A stretch of 64,000 bases of DNA, from positions 576,001 to 640,000 of the forward strand of contig CAVOHZ010000010.1 in assembly GCA_963695855.1 (NCBI GenBank). Reading direction: 5' to 3'. Position 1 is the stretch's first letter; each line of letters starts with the position of its first letter. This document shows, in pieces, positions 21,643-33,280 of the stretch. The DNA comes from an uncultured Nitrososphaerales archaeon (GTDB lineage: Archaea > Thermoproteota > Nitrososphaeria > Nitrososphaerales > Nitrososphaeraceae). The position numbers were made by a program, and so were the translations under genes. Below the pieces are notes generated by a model. That model had not been told where the DNA came from. It searched no databases and saw only the letters and a list, made by a program, of their open reading frames with translations.

Positions 21643-22143
21643 ATCATTAGTCACCATAGAAGACATTTATATAATATAACAAAGAAGAAAATAAACTACT
21701 ATTTAAGGAAAGAAAACAGAATCCGATTAAAATAAATTCATTTAACAATTTTTAAATAGGTAATTTGTGTAATAAGGACATTTTTCCAGTATTAATAATT
21801 AATAGCAATTATTAATATCACTATTCTTATAGAGCCGTTGGTAGAAGTTAAAAAATTTGGTTGAAACCTGTGTTTCTTGAAATTTGTTAAAGATAATTAA
21901 CAGAAATATTATGATCTTGCCAAATTTATCCATAATTATTGATATCAATAATAAATCAGTATTCGAATATTATTAAAATAGTGGATTTTCTTTTCTAATT
22001 TTCTTACGAAAACTTTATCAATAGTTCAACTGATTGAATAAAAGAAATTTACCAACTGCATTTTTAAATTAGGATGTCAAGTTTTTGGTAAAAGATAATG
22101 AAAAAAATACGTTAAATTTTGATGGATGTGTGCCTATTCGATT

Positions 22144-22731
22144 CTATTCTACTGAAGAATCTCCTCTGCATTCTTCGCAATTAAATATCCCGTCAGTATA
22201 TTCTAATAAATCAGACCATTCCCCACATTCATCACAATAGCCAGAAATATTACCACGAGGTAGACCTATCTCGCCTCGTAAAAGAGCCGACTTCTCAGAA
22301 ACAACATCGATTAATTCAGGAGTTACTGCAATCACATCGGAAGCAGAGATGATTCCTACGACTTTATTTTTATAAACTACTCCTAGTCTCTTGATATTGT
22401 GTTTTCTAAACATCCTAGCTGCTTCTGTAATTGTTGCCTCACCTTCGATAGTATGTAACTTCTTCATAATATCAGAAGCTTTTATTGAACTAGGCAGAAC
22501 ATCTTTAGAAAGACCCTCTGAAACTACATCCCAATCAGTTACTAATCCAACCGGATTTTTCCCGTCGAAAATTATTATACTGCCTATACTTTCTTGTTTC
22601 ATTTTTTTTGAGATTTCCTTCAAATTAGAATCAGGAGATGCGGAAATTATAGGACTGTTCATAATGTCGCGTACCAAAACCTTTGTAGGCATATTTGCAT
22701 CACGATGTTTGCTTCCTAAACGTTCATCCAC
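22144..22731 (-). CDS. CBS-pair protein with C-terminal Zn ribbon
   Basis: Two CBS repeats; GYCDECG...CEEC. Confidence 0.9.
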   Translation of the reverse strand: MDERLGSKHRDANMPTKVLVRDIMNSPIISASPDSNLKEISKKMKQESIGSIIIFDGKNPVGLVTDWDVVSEGLSKDVLPSSIKASDIMKKLHTIEGEATITEAARMFRKHNIKRLGVVYKNKVVGIISASDVIAVTPELIDVVSEKSALLRGEIGLPRGNISGYCDECGEWSDLLEYTDGIFNCEECRGDSSVE

Positions 22732-22787
22732 ACATTTTTTTTGTCATATTAGTTTAATTACTTTACTACAATTTTCAAGAATTAGAG

Positions 22788-24783
22788 TCAGATATATTTA
22801 TCTCCTTTTTCTATAGAAAATAACTTAATTTTACCTGGCGGTAATAATCTTATTATATCATCGACTGAAGTTTGTTTTAAGAATTCAACGAAGGTATCGT
22901 TCTTTTCGTTGTTAATTTTATCCAAATTCTTGATTAATTCTATCTTTATTTTTTTCGCTACGTTCATTGGATCAATTCCTCCTGGCAATAAGATAACGTA
23001 AATTATAGATTTTATCTTTACAGAATTTTGTGGTCCACACATCATATTATACGAATCTTGCTCTTTGAAAACTCCGAATGCCAACTTTAGATTTATTCCC
23101 TTTATATAATTTCTTTTTCCTTCGATCACAAACGAGCCTTTTGGAAGAAATTGTCCTGTAGGTGCACCTTTTTTTACTTGACCTGGAAATACCCAATATG
23201 CATCTGCAGTAGACAATCCTTCCCGCCATGCCCTACTAAAAGAAATTGTTGCTGTTGCTGTCTCAAGGATATTTTGATCGTCTTGTTCAATCGAATTTGA
23301 GGTAGAATTTAAATTTTTTATTAGGAAAAAAGGAGAACCATGTATCTCGGCATGAAACACAATATCCTGATCTGTCATATGTTTTCTAATTATTGCAGAA
23401 TTTGAGGATGCATCTCTACCACCTATGACTAAGAAACCTCCAGATGTTAAAAACCAGCGATATCGTTCAAACCATTCTCTTGATTTTTGTTTTTTAAATT
23501 TGAGGTTTTTTTCTGCTATTGATGTCTTTTTTTTCAGGTCATTGATTTCAGTTAATATTTTAGATCTAAGTGTATCTATTTTTTCGCCACCACGTTCCAA
23601 TTCCTTTGCGCGAGCATACAATTGTGATGAAACCTTTGGGATATTCGCTTCAAGAGGAATTTGTTCATCCATAATTTGTAAATATTTTTTCCCTTTTTGT
23701 AACAATATTTTACCAGAATATTTTTTTAGTAAACTTTCAAGGTCTAAAATGCTTGACGATGAAATTTGCATTAGTTCTAATGCCAGCTTTCTAATTGAAT
23801 TTGATTTTGCTAATACTTGTTGTTTTGCTTTATCCTGTTCGATGAGATCATGCTCAAGAATGACAACTTTTTTATCTATTTCGTGTGTAAAGATTTTTTT
23901 CCCAATATTCATTATTTCATTAGTTAATACTCGGTCTATCGCATCCATGAAAGAATTTGTAGAACAGACATTCACATCGTTCATATTGGATAACTTGCTA
24001 TGCGATGCAATAATTGGATTGTTTTCCTCATCTAAAATGATTACTGCTTCATGTTTGGTGTCATCAAGCACTTCATCAATTAAACCCTGAATATTGGTAA
24101 AAATTCTACGAAGCTCATCTTCTGATAGCTGGCGAATTTTTTTACACTGAATATTACTACGAGATAGAATTTCTTCTGAGAACTTTTTAGGAAATGAAAA
24201 AATCCTTCCTAGCCATCTTGCCACATCCAAGTTTGTGTTTCCCTCCTTTATTTCTGATATGATTTCAGAATAAGATATTTGAAATACGTCTAGACCTCGG
24301 GAAGGAGGAGGAACGTACCTCATTCCAACTCGCAATAGTCTATGACGCACCTCAAGAGGCGTCAGAATAAAGATAATATTCATTTTTTCGTCACACAAAA
24401 TAATATTTCCGTTTCCAAAAAATTCACAAATAAGTAACCTGATGTTTCCATCATAGTCACCAAATTTTATATTTATTATCCTCTCTGAATCTAATTGTTC
24501 CAAAGTCATAATTCGAGAATCGTTCCAATTCCTTTTTCATATTCTTAACAAAGTTGTTTTCTTCTAATTGTCGAAATCCTATTTTCGATATCCAAATTCC
24601 CTTGACAGATATCATTAGGATAATATCGGGATGGTCGGAATGATGCAATTTAATTGTGAACGAATCTTTTGTAATTCCTGAAATCTGACTCACATAATAC
24701 CCATCTAATAATTTATCGTTGATATGATTAACGATATAACGTAATTCGATACTAGATAATTCCAACATCAAGTAAAATATCAA
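22788..24783 (-). pseudogene. rqc2: Rqc2/NFACT (NEMF-like) ribosome quality-control factor, split by a 1-nt frameshift (or sequencing error)
   Basis: ORFs 24457-24783 and 22788-24509 are consecutive parts; EFFGNGNIILCD, WFERYRWF, GGRDASSN, FHAEIHGSP, LPKGSFVIEG. Confidence 0.88.
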
Positions 24784-24861
24784 AGCTAAATATTAACTAA
24801 AAAAAAGAAAATTGCAAAAAATTACTTAAGGACCGGAAGGAATTAAACTTGGTTTTATTAA

Positions 24862-25173
24862 ATGAAAATAAATCGTTTGGAGCCAACAGACAAAATTTAT
24901 TACATGAGGGCAATTTTAGGAGTTGTTGCAGGATTAACCATAGGTGCTATAATAGCTCCTGGTACTGCACAATCAACTGTATTGGGAATAATAATTCTTA
25001 TCGGAGTACTCTTTTATTTGATTTCATATTTTACCTCAAAGAAAATGATAAATGATATTCCAAAGTCAGAAAAAAGAAAATTCATCATGAATGGAATATT
25101 TCCTTTCATTTTCCTTTTGTTATTGTTTATGATAATGATGTATACTGGCTTACATCAAAACCTAGCATCATAA
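24862..25173 (+). CDS. small three-TM membrane protein (EMC6-like)
   Basis: Three hydrophobic segments; family assignment is inference. Confidence 0.6.
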   Translation: MKINRLEPTDKIYYMRAILGVVAGLTIGAIIAPGTAQSTVLGIIILIGVLFYLISYFTSKKMINDIPKSEKRKFIMNGIFPFIFLLLLFMIMMYTGLHQNLAS

Positions 25174-25190
25174 ATAAACAGGAAAGAAAA

Positions 25191-25784
25191 ATGTTGTGGA
25201 ATTATAAAACGGCAGGGATACCTGATGAACTTTTTTCGCGAACCGAAGAAGTTCCTATTACAAAAGAAGAAGTTAGATCAATAATTATAAGCAAGCTTAG
25301 GTTAAAAGATAATTATAATGTAATCGACATTGGAAGTGGAAGTGGAAGCATAACTGTTGAACTCTGTTTACAATGCATGAGAGGAAATGTTTATGCAATT
25401 GATTTTGACCAAAAAGCAATAGATCTAACAAAAGAAAATTTAAGAAGGTTTAATGTTTATGCAAATGTCATTCATGGAAAAGCACAGGATTTACTAGATT
25501 CTCTTCCCAATGTCAATGCCATAGTAGTTGGTGGAACTACAGGAGAAACAGAAAAAATCATAAACCAAGCAATAAGTAAACTCGAAAAAAATGGTAGGCT
25601 TGTAATATCTACTATTCTAGTGGAGACGATGTTTAGAGCCATGGTAACTATGAAAGAATCAGATCTTATGAAAGATATTGATTTTACACAGATATCAATC
25701 CTAAAAGGAAGGAATACAGCTACCGGAACTATGATGTTGGCTCGAAATCCGGTCTTGATAATTTCTGCTACAAAAAAATCTTAA
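25191..25784 (+). CDS. cbiT: precorrin-6Y C15-methyltransferase (decarboxylating)
   Basis: GIPDE, PITKEEVR, DIGSGSGS, ARNPV. Confidence 0.95.
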   Translation: MLWNYKTAGIPDELFSRTEEVPITKEEVRSIIISKLRLKDNYNVIDIGSGSGSITVELCLQCMRGNVYAIDFDQKAIDLTKENLRRFNVYANVIHGKAQDLLDSLPNVNAIVVGGTTGETEKIINQAISKLEKNGRLVISTILVETMFRAMVTMKESDLMKDIDFTQISILKGRNTATGTMMLARNPVLIISATKKS

Positions 25785-25839
25785 AATAGACATCTGTAAT
25801 ATTTCATCATTTAAATAGCTCATTCCTCAATAACGTTCG

Positions 25840-26565
25840 ATGAAACTTTTTTGTATCGGTTGCGGTCCAGGTGATCCAGAACTATTAACATTAAAGGCTT
25901 TTAAATTGATTAGCGACGCTGAGGTAATCTTTGTTCCAACTACAAAACCTGATAAAAATAGTATTGTACTATCGATAGTTGAAAAATATATTGATAAGAA
26001 AGCAATAATAAAAAATTTAATCTTTCCAATGATAAAGGATAGAAATTCGTTAAAGGAATATTGGAAAGTCAATGCAGACGAAATCGCAAATGTCGTACGA
26101 AATGGAAAGAGAACTCTTTATCTGACTGTCGGAGACCCATCAATATACAGTACTTGGATCTATATACACAGAGAACTAAGAAGAAATCACACTGACATAG
26201 AGGTAGAAATAATTCCAGGTATTCCATCCATCTTTGCTTTTGCAGCCACAGCTAAAATGAGTTTGGTAGAAGGAGATGAAAATCTCTCCATAGTGCCAGC
26301 ATGTTATGATCTGAATAAAGTTAGAAATACTGCAAGAAGTTCCGATACAATAGTATTCCTCAAAGATGGAAGATATTTTGATAGTGTTATAGAAATGCTT
26401 TCAGAAACAGGATTTCCTGATAGCTCCAAAATAGCAATAGCTCAAGACGTATCAGTTGATGGAAACATACTTGAGATAAAAAATCTTGGAGAAATAAAAG
26501 GAAAAAAACAACCAACTCAAAAATACTTCTCTATAATGGTGGTAAAAAGAAATGATAGAGAATAA
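25840..26565 (+). CDS. cbiL: precorrin-2 C20-methyltransferase
   Basis: GCGPGDPELLTLKA, FPM, GDPSIYST. Confidence 0.93.
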   Translation: MKLFCIGCGPGDPELLTLKAFKLISDAEVIFVPTTKPDKNSIVLSIVEKYIDKKAIIKNLIFPMIKDRNSLKEYWKVNADEIANVVRNGKRTLYLTVGDPSIYSTWIYIHRELRRNHTDIEVEIIPGIPSIFAFAATAKMSLVEGDENLSIVPACYDLNKVRNTARSSDTIVFLKDGRYFDSVIEMLSETGFPDSSKIAIAQDVSVDGNILEIKNLGEIKGKKQPTQKYFSIMVVKRNDRE

Positions 26566-27331
26566 TTTTGTTTATTTTGTTGGATCTGGACCTGGTGATC
26601 CTGAATTAATTACCATAAAAGCTAAGAATATTTTAGAAAATGCAGATATAGTGATTTACTCCGGCTCTTTGTTGAACCCGGAGATTCTAAGGTATGCTAA
26701 GAAGGATGCGATGTTATATGATGCAGCATTGTTAAATAGGGAAGAAATTTTTAGAATTTTAAGAGACAATGCAAAACAAGGTAAATTGGCCATAAGATTT
26801 CATGATGGGGATCCTGGATTATTTAGTACAATAAGAGAACAAATTGATAAATTAGAAAAAGATGGATTAAGATGTAAAGTAATTCCAGGAATCACTGCTA
26901 TTCTAGGGGCAGCATCATCAATAAACTTAGAATTGACATTACCAGGAATCACTCAAACTGTAATTATAACCAGAGCAGAATTCAGAACTCCAGTTCCAGA
27001 TAGAGAAAAAATTTCGGAATTAGCTAAACACGGAGCGACAATGGTTTTTTATTTAAGTGTCCATTTAATAAAAGATGTCGTTGCTGAATTACTAAAAGGG
27101 GGAGTATATACTAGTAAGACTCCTGTTGCTATAATTTACAAGGCTACGTGGAAAGAGGAAAAAATAATTAAAGGAACTTTGCAAAATATTGCAGAAAAAA
27201 CTTTAAAGGAAAAAATAATTAAAACTGCATTAATAATTGTTGGAGACGTAATTCAACCTTCTACATACCAGTTTTCAAAGGTTTATGATTCTGGATTTAC
27301 TCATGGATATAGAAAAGGAAGAAAACAATAA
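26552..27331 (+). CDS. cbiF: precorrin-4 C11-methyltransferase
   Basis: VGSGPGDPELIT, IREQ, ELTLPGITQTVI, FTHGYR. Confidence 0.94.
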   Translation: MIENNFVYFVGSGPGDPELITIKAKNILENADIVIYSGSLLNPEILRYAKKDAMLYDAALLNREEIFRILRDNAKQGKLAIRFHDGDPGLFSTIREQIDKLEKDGLRCKVIPGITAILGAASSINLELTLPGITQTVIITRAEFRTPVPDREKISELAKHGATMVFYLSVHLIKDVVAELLKGGVYTSKTPVAIIYKATWKEEKIIKGTLQNIAEKTLKEKIIKTALIIVGDVIQPSTYQFSKVYDSGFTHGYRKGRKQ

Positions 27332-27372
27332 AATTTTTATCGTGAAGATTTAAATTTTTTATAATATTTGAA

Positions 27373-28074
27373 CTATAATTTTGTAAGATCACTGTAATTC
27401 TTAATGTATTCAATATGTTCTTTGTACAGAGGATTGAATTCTTTAACGATTTGCCAGAATTTTGGAGAGTGGTTAAACTCCTTTATATGAGCGAGTTCAT
27501 GAATTACTATATATTCAATCACATCAAGTGGAAATGCACTTAGGTACAGGTTGAAATTTAGGTTTTTTTTGGTAGAACAACTTCCCCACGTAGTAGAATT
27601 ATTCTTTATTCGTACATTATTGTAACTAATGTCCATTTTTTTACCCATTTCTGCAAGTTTTTCATGTATTATTAGACGAGTTTGTTCTTTGTACCAATTA
27701 GTTATATTTTGTTTATAATTTCTTTTTTTGATTACGTGGAATGTAATTTTTTGTAATGAATTGGAAATTATGATAGTGTCTAAATCATCTTTAACTATGT
27801 TAAGATAAAATTTTTTACCAAATAATAATAAATATCTGTCTTCGTATTTTTTTGCGTAATCAATATTATTTTTTTTATAATTATAATAATTTTTTAAAAT
27901 CCAGTTCTTATTTTCATCTAGAAATTTTTTTAAATTATATTCACTGAGCTTATTCGGAACAGTAAGAAAAAAACCTTGAATATTTGCAGTTAAAGAGATT
28001 TTAGACGCCCGTTTTGATTCTTTCTTCTTTAGATATATAATTTCTTTTTTCGAAACTATAAATGAAATCATCAT
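27373..28074 (-). CDS. YgjP/DUF45 (M48-like) metallopeptidase
   Basis: WGSCS, YIVIHELAH, NHSPKFW. Confidence 0.9.
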   Translation of the reverse strand: MMISFIVSKKEIIYLKKKESKRASKISLTANIQGFFLTVPNKLSEYNLKKFLDENKNWILKNYYNYKKNNIDYAKKYEDRYLLLFGKKFYLNIVKDDLDTIIISNSLQKITFHVIKKRNYKQNITNWYKEQTRLIIHEKLAEMGKKMDISYNNVRIKNNSTTWGSCSTKKNLNFNLYLSAFPLDVIEYIVIHELAHIKEFNHSPKFWQIVKEFNPLYKEHIEYIKNYSDLTKL

Positions 28075-28102
28075 ATAGGTAACAAAATAAGGAGTTTAAA
28101 GA

Positions 28103-30409
28103 CTACCTATATTGAATTAGTCCGCTCTTTGTTCCAGGTTTCATCTCTCTTTGGTTCTTTACCTTTCTTACTGCGTCTTCAAAGTGACGCATTGTGACCT
28201 TGGCTTCCATGGTGTGTTTTGATGCTTCTTCAGGTGTAGGATATTTTGCTATGTATTCATGCAATACAAGAGATATTGCAGTATTCACAACGGCGGCAAC
28301 ATCTGCTCCACTAAAGCTGTCTGTTACCTCTGCTATGCGTACTAGGTCCAGATCGTTTCCGACAGGTTTTCCCTGTATATTGAGATCCAGTATTCTTTGT
28401 CTTGTCTTGACGTCGGGATTTGGCACATAGACTATCTTGTCAAATCTACCTGGTCTTAGTAATGCAGGGTCAATCATATCAGCACGGTTGGTGGCAGCAA
28501 GAACCACTACACCAGAAAGAGCTTGAATACCATCCATTTCTGTTAGTAATTGGGACACCATCCTTTCTGTACTGGCATGACCAGACCCTTCCATCCCTCT
28601 GATAGGAGCTATAGAATCTATTTCATCAAAAAATATCACACATGGTGAGGCCTGTCGTGCGCGTCTAAAGATTTCACGAATGCCTTTTTCAGATTCACCA
28701 ACCCATTTTGATAGCAGTTCAGGTCCTTTAACACTGATAAAATTGGCTTCAGATTCTGTTGCAACGGCCTTAGCTAGCATGGTCTTGCCTGTTCCAGATG
28801 GACCATGTAACAGTACACCTTTTGGTATGGTATGTCCTAGTTTATTGTACATATCTGGAAAACGCATTGGCCATTCTACTGCCTCTTGCAGTTCATGTTT
28901 AACTTCTTCCAGTCCACCTATATCAGGCCAATGTACATCTGGTGGTTCCAGATAGACTTCTCTCATTGCTGATGGCGTTACATCTTTTATAGCATGATTA
29001 AAATCGCTCATGGTTATGATTAATTTGTTCAATACTTCTGGTGCTAGTTTTTCATCTTCTAGATTTAGTTCTGGCAGAAGACGTCTAAGACATTTCATTG
29101 CTGCTTCTTTACATAGATATTCCAGATCAGCTCCAACAAATCCATGAGTAATTGCTGCTATCTTGTCTTGATCTACATCTGTATCAAGTGGCATGTTACG
29201 GGTATGAATCTGTAAAATCTCCAATCTCCCACGTTTATCAGGGACTTTGATCTCTATTTCTCTATCAAAACGACCCGGTCTTCGTAGTGCTTGATCTAGT
29301 GCATTTGGTCTGTTTGTTGCGGCTATTACTATAACTTTACCTCTTGCTTCAAGACCATCCATTAACGATAATAATTGTGATACAACTCTTCTTTCCACCT
29401 CGCCTGTTACTTCCTCTCTTTTTGGAGCGATTGAATCTATCTCGTCAACAAACATTATGGAGGGAGCCTTTTCTTTTGCTTCTTTGAATATTTCCCTAAG
29501 ACGGGCTTCAGACTCTCCATAAAACTTGCTCATGATTTCTGGACCAGAAATGCTTATGAAATGAGAATTACTTTCATTGGCAACTGCTTTGGCAAGCAGA
29601 GTTTTACCTGTTCCAGGTGGTCCATGTAAAAGAACACCTTTTGGAGCCTCTATTCCCAATTTCTCAAATATTTCTGGATGTCTTAATGGGAGTTCAATCA
29701 TTTCTCGTACTTTTTGTATCTCTTCTCGTAATCCACCTATATCTTCATATGTAACTTGTGGCACTCCACGTAGAGTCTCGCCTTTTTCTGCTATGTGGAA
29801 TATGGTTTTCTGCGTTACAAGTACAGCATCTGCATTGGCAGGTGTAACACCAATAACTTGAAATGTTAGACGTCCTCCAAAGTATGGAACCATGACGTTA
29901 TCTCCCTTGATAATTGGGACACTTTCCAGTGCATCTGCAAGATAACGTTCATCTATTGGAGGAATGGCTTCAAGAGGAGCCACTATTGCTTTTTCAGCTG
30001 GAACTGCTTTTATCTTTCTTACTATAACACTATCACCTATCGCAATTCCAGAATTATTTCTTACAAGACCATCAATTCTGATGATACCTTTTCCTTCATC
30101 TGAAGGATAAAGTGGTAGACATTTTGCAGTGGTTCTTCGCTTTCCTCTGATTTCTACAACATCACCAGTAGAAACAGCTAAAGAATCCATAGTGTCATAA
30201 TCAATTCGAGCAATTCCGCGACCTACATCACGTGTGTATGCCTCTAGTACTTTAAGAGAAGCGTTGTGATCAGATATTCCTGCACCTGGACCACTTGTGC
30301 TATTATTATTATTATTATTGTTATTGTTATTGTTATTACCACCTATACTGCCAGTACCGGAACCACCACTACCACTACTAACACTACTACCCGGCAAATT
30401 ATTATTCAC
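28103..30409 (-). CDS. cdc48: CDC48/VAT AAA+ ATPase with low-complexity N-terminal extension
   Basis: N-domain plus two AAA modules ([26 protein letters not shown]). Confidence 0.97.
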   Translation of the reverse strand: MNNNLPGSSVSSGSGGSGTGSIGGNNNNNNNNNNNNSTSGPGAGISDHNASLKVLEAYTRDVGRGIARIDYDTMDSLAVSTGDVVEIRGKRRTTAKCLPLYPSDEGKGIIRIDGLVRNNSGIAIGDSVIVRKIKAVPAEKAIVAPLEAIPPIDERYLADALESVPIIKGDNVMVPYFGGRLTFQVIGVTPANADAVLVTQKTIFHIAEKGETLRGVPQVTYEDIGGLREEIQKVREMIELPLRHPEIFEKLGIEAPKGVLLHGPPGTGKTLLAKAVANESNSHFISISGPEIMSKFYGESEARLREIFKEAKEKAPSIMFVDEIDSIAPKREEVTGEVERRVVSQLLSLMDGLEARGKVIVIAATNRPNALDQALRRPGRFDREIEIKVPDKRGRLEILQIHTRNMPLDTDVDQDKIAAITHGFVGADLEYLCKEAAMKCLRRLLPELNLEDEKLAPEVLNKLIITMSDFNHAIKDVTPSAMREVYLEPPDVHWPDIGGLEEVKHELQEAVEWPMRFPDMYNKLGHTIPKGVLLHGPSGTGKTMLAKAVATESEANFISVKGPELLSKWVGESEKGIREIFRRARQASPCVIFFDEIDSIAPIRGMEGSGHASTERMVSQLLTEMDGIQALSGVVVLAATNRADMIDPALLRPGRFDKIVYVPNPDVKTRQRILDLNIQGKPVGNDLDLVRIAEVTDSFSGADVAAVVNTAISLVLHEYIAKYPTPEEASKHTMEAKVTMRHFEDAVRKVKNQREMKPGTKSGLIQYR
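30302..30337 (-). repeat. (AAT/AAC)12 trinucleotide repeat encoding poly-Asn in cdc48
   Basis: 12 consecutive Asn codons. Confidence 0.95.
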
Positions 30410-30565
30410 GTCAAGTATTTTGAAACGACTACATATACACTTTTTTCTTTTTATAGTTAATTAAAAAAACACATAGGAATTATTAACAGCTATTTTAATT
30501 GAAATCCGTATTAAAATAATAAACTGAGTGAAAATTTTATTATAGAGTAATTTACAGGATTTGTA

Positions 30566-31981
30566 TTGGAGATACTAAATTATACATTATATATTATGCT
30601 ATTAACATTTTGGTTTTCTACTATACCAGTAGCATTTTTAACCTTAATTAGATTTGTAAGAAATAGAAAAACTCTAATTGAAAAAGATCTTCGTAGGATA
30701 TACAACGATCCTATAATAATATTTCAGATCACTACAAGATCCGCTACCAAAACAAAGGTCGTAGAGAGAGGAATAAACTCTATTATTAGAGCTTCTAACG
30801 AGATCAACTACAGTAATTATAAAATTTCAGTAGTTACAGAAGATGAAAACGATAGAAAAAATGTGGGCAAATTAAAAAATTCTGAGATAATAGTTGTAAA
30901 AAGAGAATATAAAACAAATGCCATAAAGAAAGCCAGAGCACTACAATATGCAGTAGAATATAGAAAAAATACTAGTGAGAATACTAAAAATTTTTGGATA
31001 TTTCATATGGATGATGAGAGTTACGTTACAAACCAAACATTATTGTCATTATTAAAGTATATACGAGAAGGAAAAGGTGTTGCCGCTGAAGGTCCTATAG
31101 TATATCCCCTAAAATTTGAAAGTGCCAATCCCATAACTGCCCTTGCTGAATCTGTTAGACCATTTGGCTGTTATGATTGCGTTTCTCAAATGACAAATCC
31201 TCCTCCTCTTCATTTGCATGGAAGTAATTTACTCGTAAGATCAGATATAGAAGACACCATAGGATGGAATTTTGGTGAAACCCTTGCAGAAGATCAAGTC
31301 TTTGGATACAAGATTTATGAAAGATATGGGGCAAATGCTCTGGGATGGCATGGAGGTATTCTTTTAGAACAACCTCCGTTAAATATTAAAGACCACTTTA
31401 TGCAGAGAAGGAGATGGATATTGGGCACCTTACAAAATATGAATAAATTTCCGTTTTGGCATAAATTCAAAATTGAATTCAAGTTAGCTAGTTATTTTAT
31501 GGGGTTTGTATCAGGAATCGTCTCAACAATTCTATATATAATTACAGTTGTTCCCTTGTTCTTAGCTTCAATACAAATATTGGTTGACAAGATTGAATAT
31601 AATCCATTAACATGGATACAATATATTATTTCTTCTTTTTTTCCAACGGTTTTTCCAGAAATTACTAATCAGATAAATTCTATTACCGGTAACAACATTT
31701 ATAATCCCGTTGATTTAGGATCTTCGTCATTATTATTATTATTTCCTTATATTATGTGGTTGTTATCATATCAAATAGGATTAACCTTAAATTTACGGTA
31801 CAATAATTTTACCTTATTAAAGAAAATAAATTTTCACTTCTATGCATTGATTCTGTCACTGGTATTAGGATTAATTGAAACATTTCCAGCATTTGTTGCC
31901 ATATTAGAATATCAATTAAGAAAAAGAATTAAATCTATGGAAGGAATCCCAAATTATGACTTCTATGTAGTTAACAAATGA
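30566..31981 (+). CDS. membrane GT2 glycosyltransferase (egghead/BRE-3-like)
   Basis: KARALQY, HMDDES, AED, QRRRW; N- and C-terminal TMs. Confidence 0.85.
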   Translation: MEILNYTLYIMLLTFWFSTIPVAFLTLIRFVRNRKTLIEKDLRRIYNDPIIIFQITTRSATKTKVVERGINSIIRASNEINYSNYKISVVTEDENDRKNVGKLKNSEIIVVKREYKTNAIKKARALQYAVEYRKNTSENTKNFWIFHMDDESYVTNQTLLSLLKYIREGKGVAAEGPIVYPLKFESANPITALAESVRPFGCYDCVSQMTNPPPLHLHGSNLLVRSDIEDTIGWNFGETLAEDQVFGYKIYERYGANALGWHGGILLEQPPLNIKDHFMQRRRWILGTLQNMNKFPFWHKFKIEFKLASYFMGFVSGIVSTILYIITVVPLFLASIQILVDKIEYNPLTWIQYIISSFFPTVFPEITNQINSITGNNIYNPVDLGSSSLLLLFPYIMWLLSYQIGLTLNLRYNNFTLLKKINFHFYALILSLVLGLIETFPAFVAILEYQLRKRIKSMEGIPNYDFYVVNK

Positions 31982-32026
31982 AGAGTAAACAAACAATATC
32001 AATCAATACAATTTTCAAAATGCAAC

Positions 32027-32575
32027 ATGATAAGAATTAATAAAAAATTAGTCCAATCAAAAAAGCTTGTAATAACATGCTTTTATCTTAGCGTAATCGT
32101 AATGCTAATAATTTCGGGGTATGGTTTATCTATGAGTGCGGATAATTACAAAAAGAACCAAAAAATAATTATTGGTGATGTATTAGTCAATACTGAATTT
32201 CCCTTTAAAGGTTCTATTAATTTGGTGACTTATTTAATGATATTCTCATTGGTATCATGGTTTACTGCAATCAAAATTTTTGAAGATAACATCATTAATA
32301 TACCGACACATATAAAAACAATATTACAAATTATAAGTTTAGTTTCTATAGTTATTTGCGCTTACGAATTATTTTATAATTTTACAGTTTGGAACTCGAG
32401 AATAACTGATAATCTGATAAGCGGTTATTTTGAACCTAATAAGGAATTGATTAATTATCCTAAACCAGATACTCCATGGAATTTGTCATTTGCAACTCAA
32501 ATGTTTCTGGCTGCCCTTATAATTACAAGTCACAGTTTTTACACCATGACGAAATCAAAAAATACGGAATTATGA
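32027..32575 (+). CDS. membrane protein (about 4 TM)
   Basis: Hydrophobic segments; co-oriented 45 bp after the GT2 gene. Confidence 0.7.
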   Translation: MIRINKKLVQSKKLVITCFYLSVIVMLIISGYGLSMSADNYKKNQKIIIGDVLVNTEFPFKGSINLVTYLMIFSLVSWFTAIKIFEDNIINIPTHIKTILQIISLVSIVICAYELFYNFTVWNSRITDNLISGYFEPNKELINYPKPDTPWNLSFATQMFLAALIITSHSFYTMTKSKNTEL

Positions 32576-32674
32576 ATATCAATGCAAAAATAAAGATATC
32601 AAATTAGAATTAAAGAAAATTCTTTATAAATTTACGATTACATTTATAACATTTAAGACGTAAGATAATCATAA

Positions 32675-33280
32675 ATGAATAGTTCTATTGTTCTAAGGAG
32701 TAAGAAAACAGAAAAAGTATTATTCATAAAATTCAAACTTTTCACCTTTTCAATTGCTTTGTTAGTTGGAATTGCTTTGATTTTTGGTAATATCTTTTCC
32801 TTGAATGAAGTAATAGCACAATCTACAAATACAGACAATAAAAATAATAAGCCTCTAAAAAATTTTGAAAAGGAGGTTCCATCTCTAAAAGTGTCATTTG
32901 AAGACAAAGATCTTGATTTAGATCCGTATATACATAAAGAGAATGAAATTATTACGCAAATAGGAATACCACAATTCTTTGAAACTCAAACCAACGACAA
33001 ACCAGAATTTACTGTAAAACAAGGTGACAAGTTAACTTTAGAATATGGAAAACAGCCTCGAGAAATGAAAGCTTATATTATTGATTACGATTCAGATGTA
33101 AATGAAATATATCCAGTCAAACAATTAGATTTTTCGACCATAATGATTCCAGAAGATGCACCACAAGGGTTAAAAAATCTGGAAATAAGATGCACATATG
33201 ATAATAACGAACAAGTTTCATATACAACATCGATGTTTATTGGAACGACTGAAGATAATGATGAAGAGAGCAAGAAGTAA
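32675..33280 (+). CDS. secreted/anchored hypothetical protein
   Basis: N-terminal hydrophobic segment ending VIAQ; acidic soluble domain. Confidence 0.7.
   Translation: MNSSIVLRSKKTEKVLFIKFKLFTFSIALLVGIALIFGNIFSLNEVIAQSTNTDNKNNKPLKNFEKEVPSLKVSFEDKDLDLDPYIHKENEIITQIGIPQFFETQTNDKPEFTVKQGDKLTLEYGKQPREMKAYIIDYDSDVNEIYPVKQLDFSTIMIPEDAPQGLKNLEIRCTYDNNEQVSYTTSMFIGTTEDNDEESKK

Noticed and set aside
3117-27331. Scattered cobalamin genes and lone pyrI
   Set aside because: Cobalamin synthesis is established in this lineage and operon fragmentation is common
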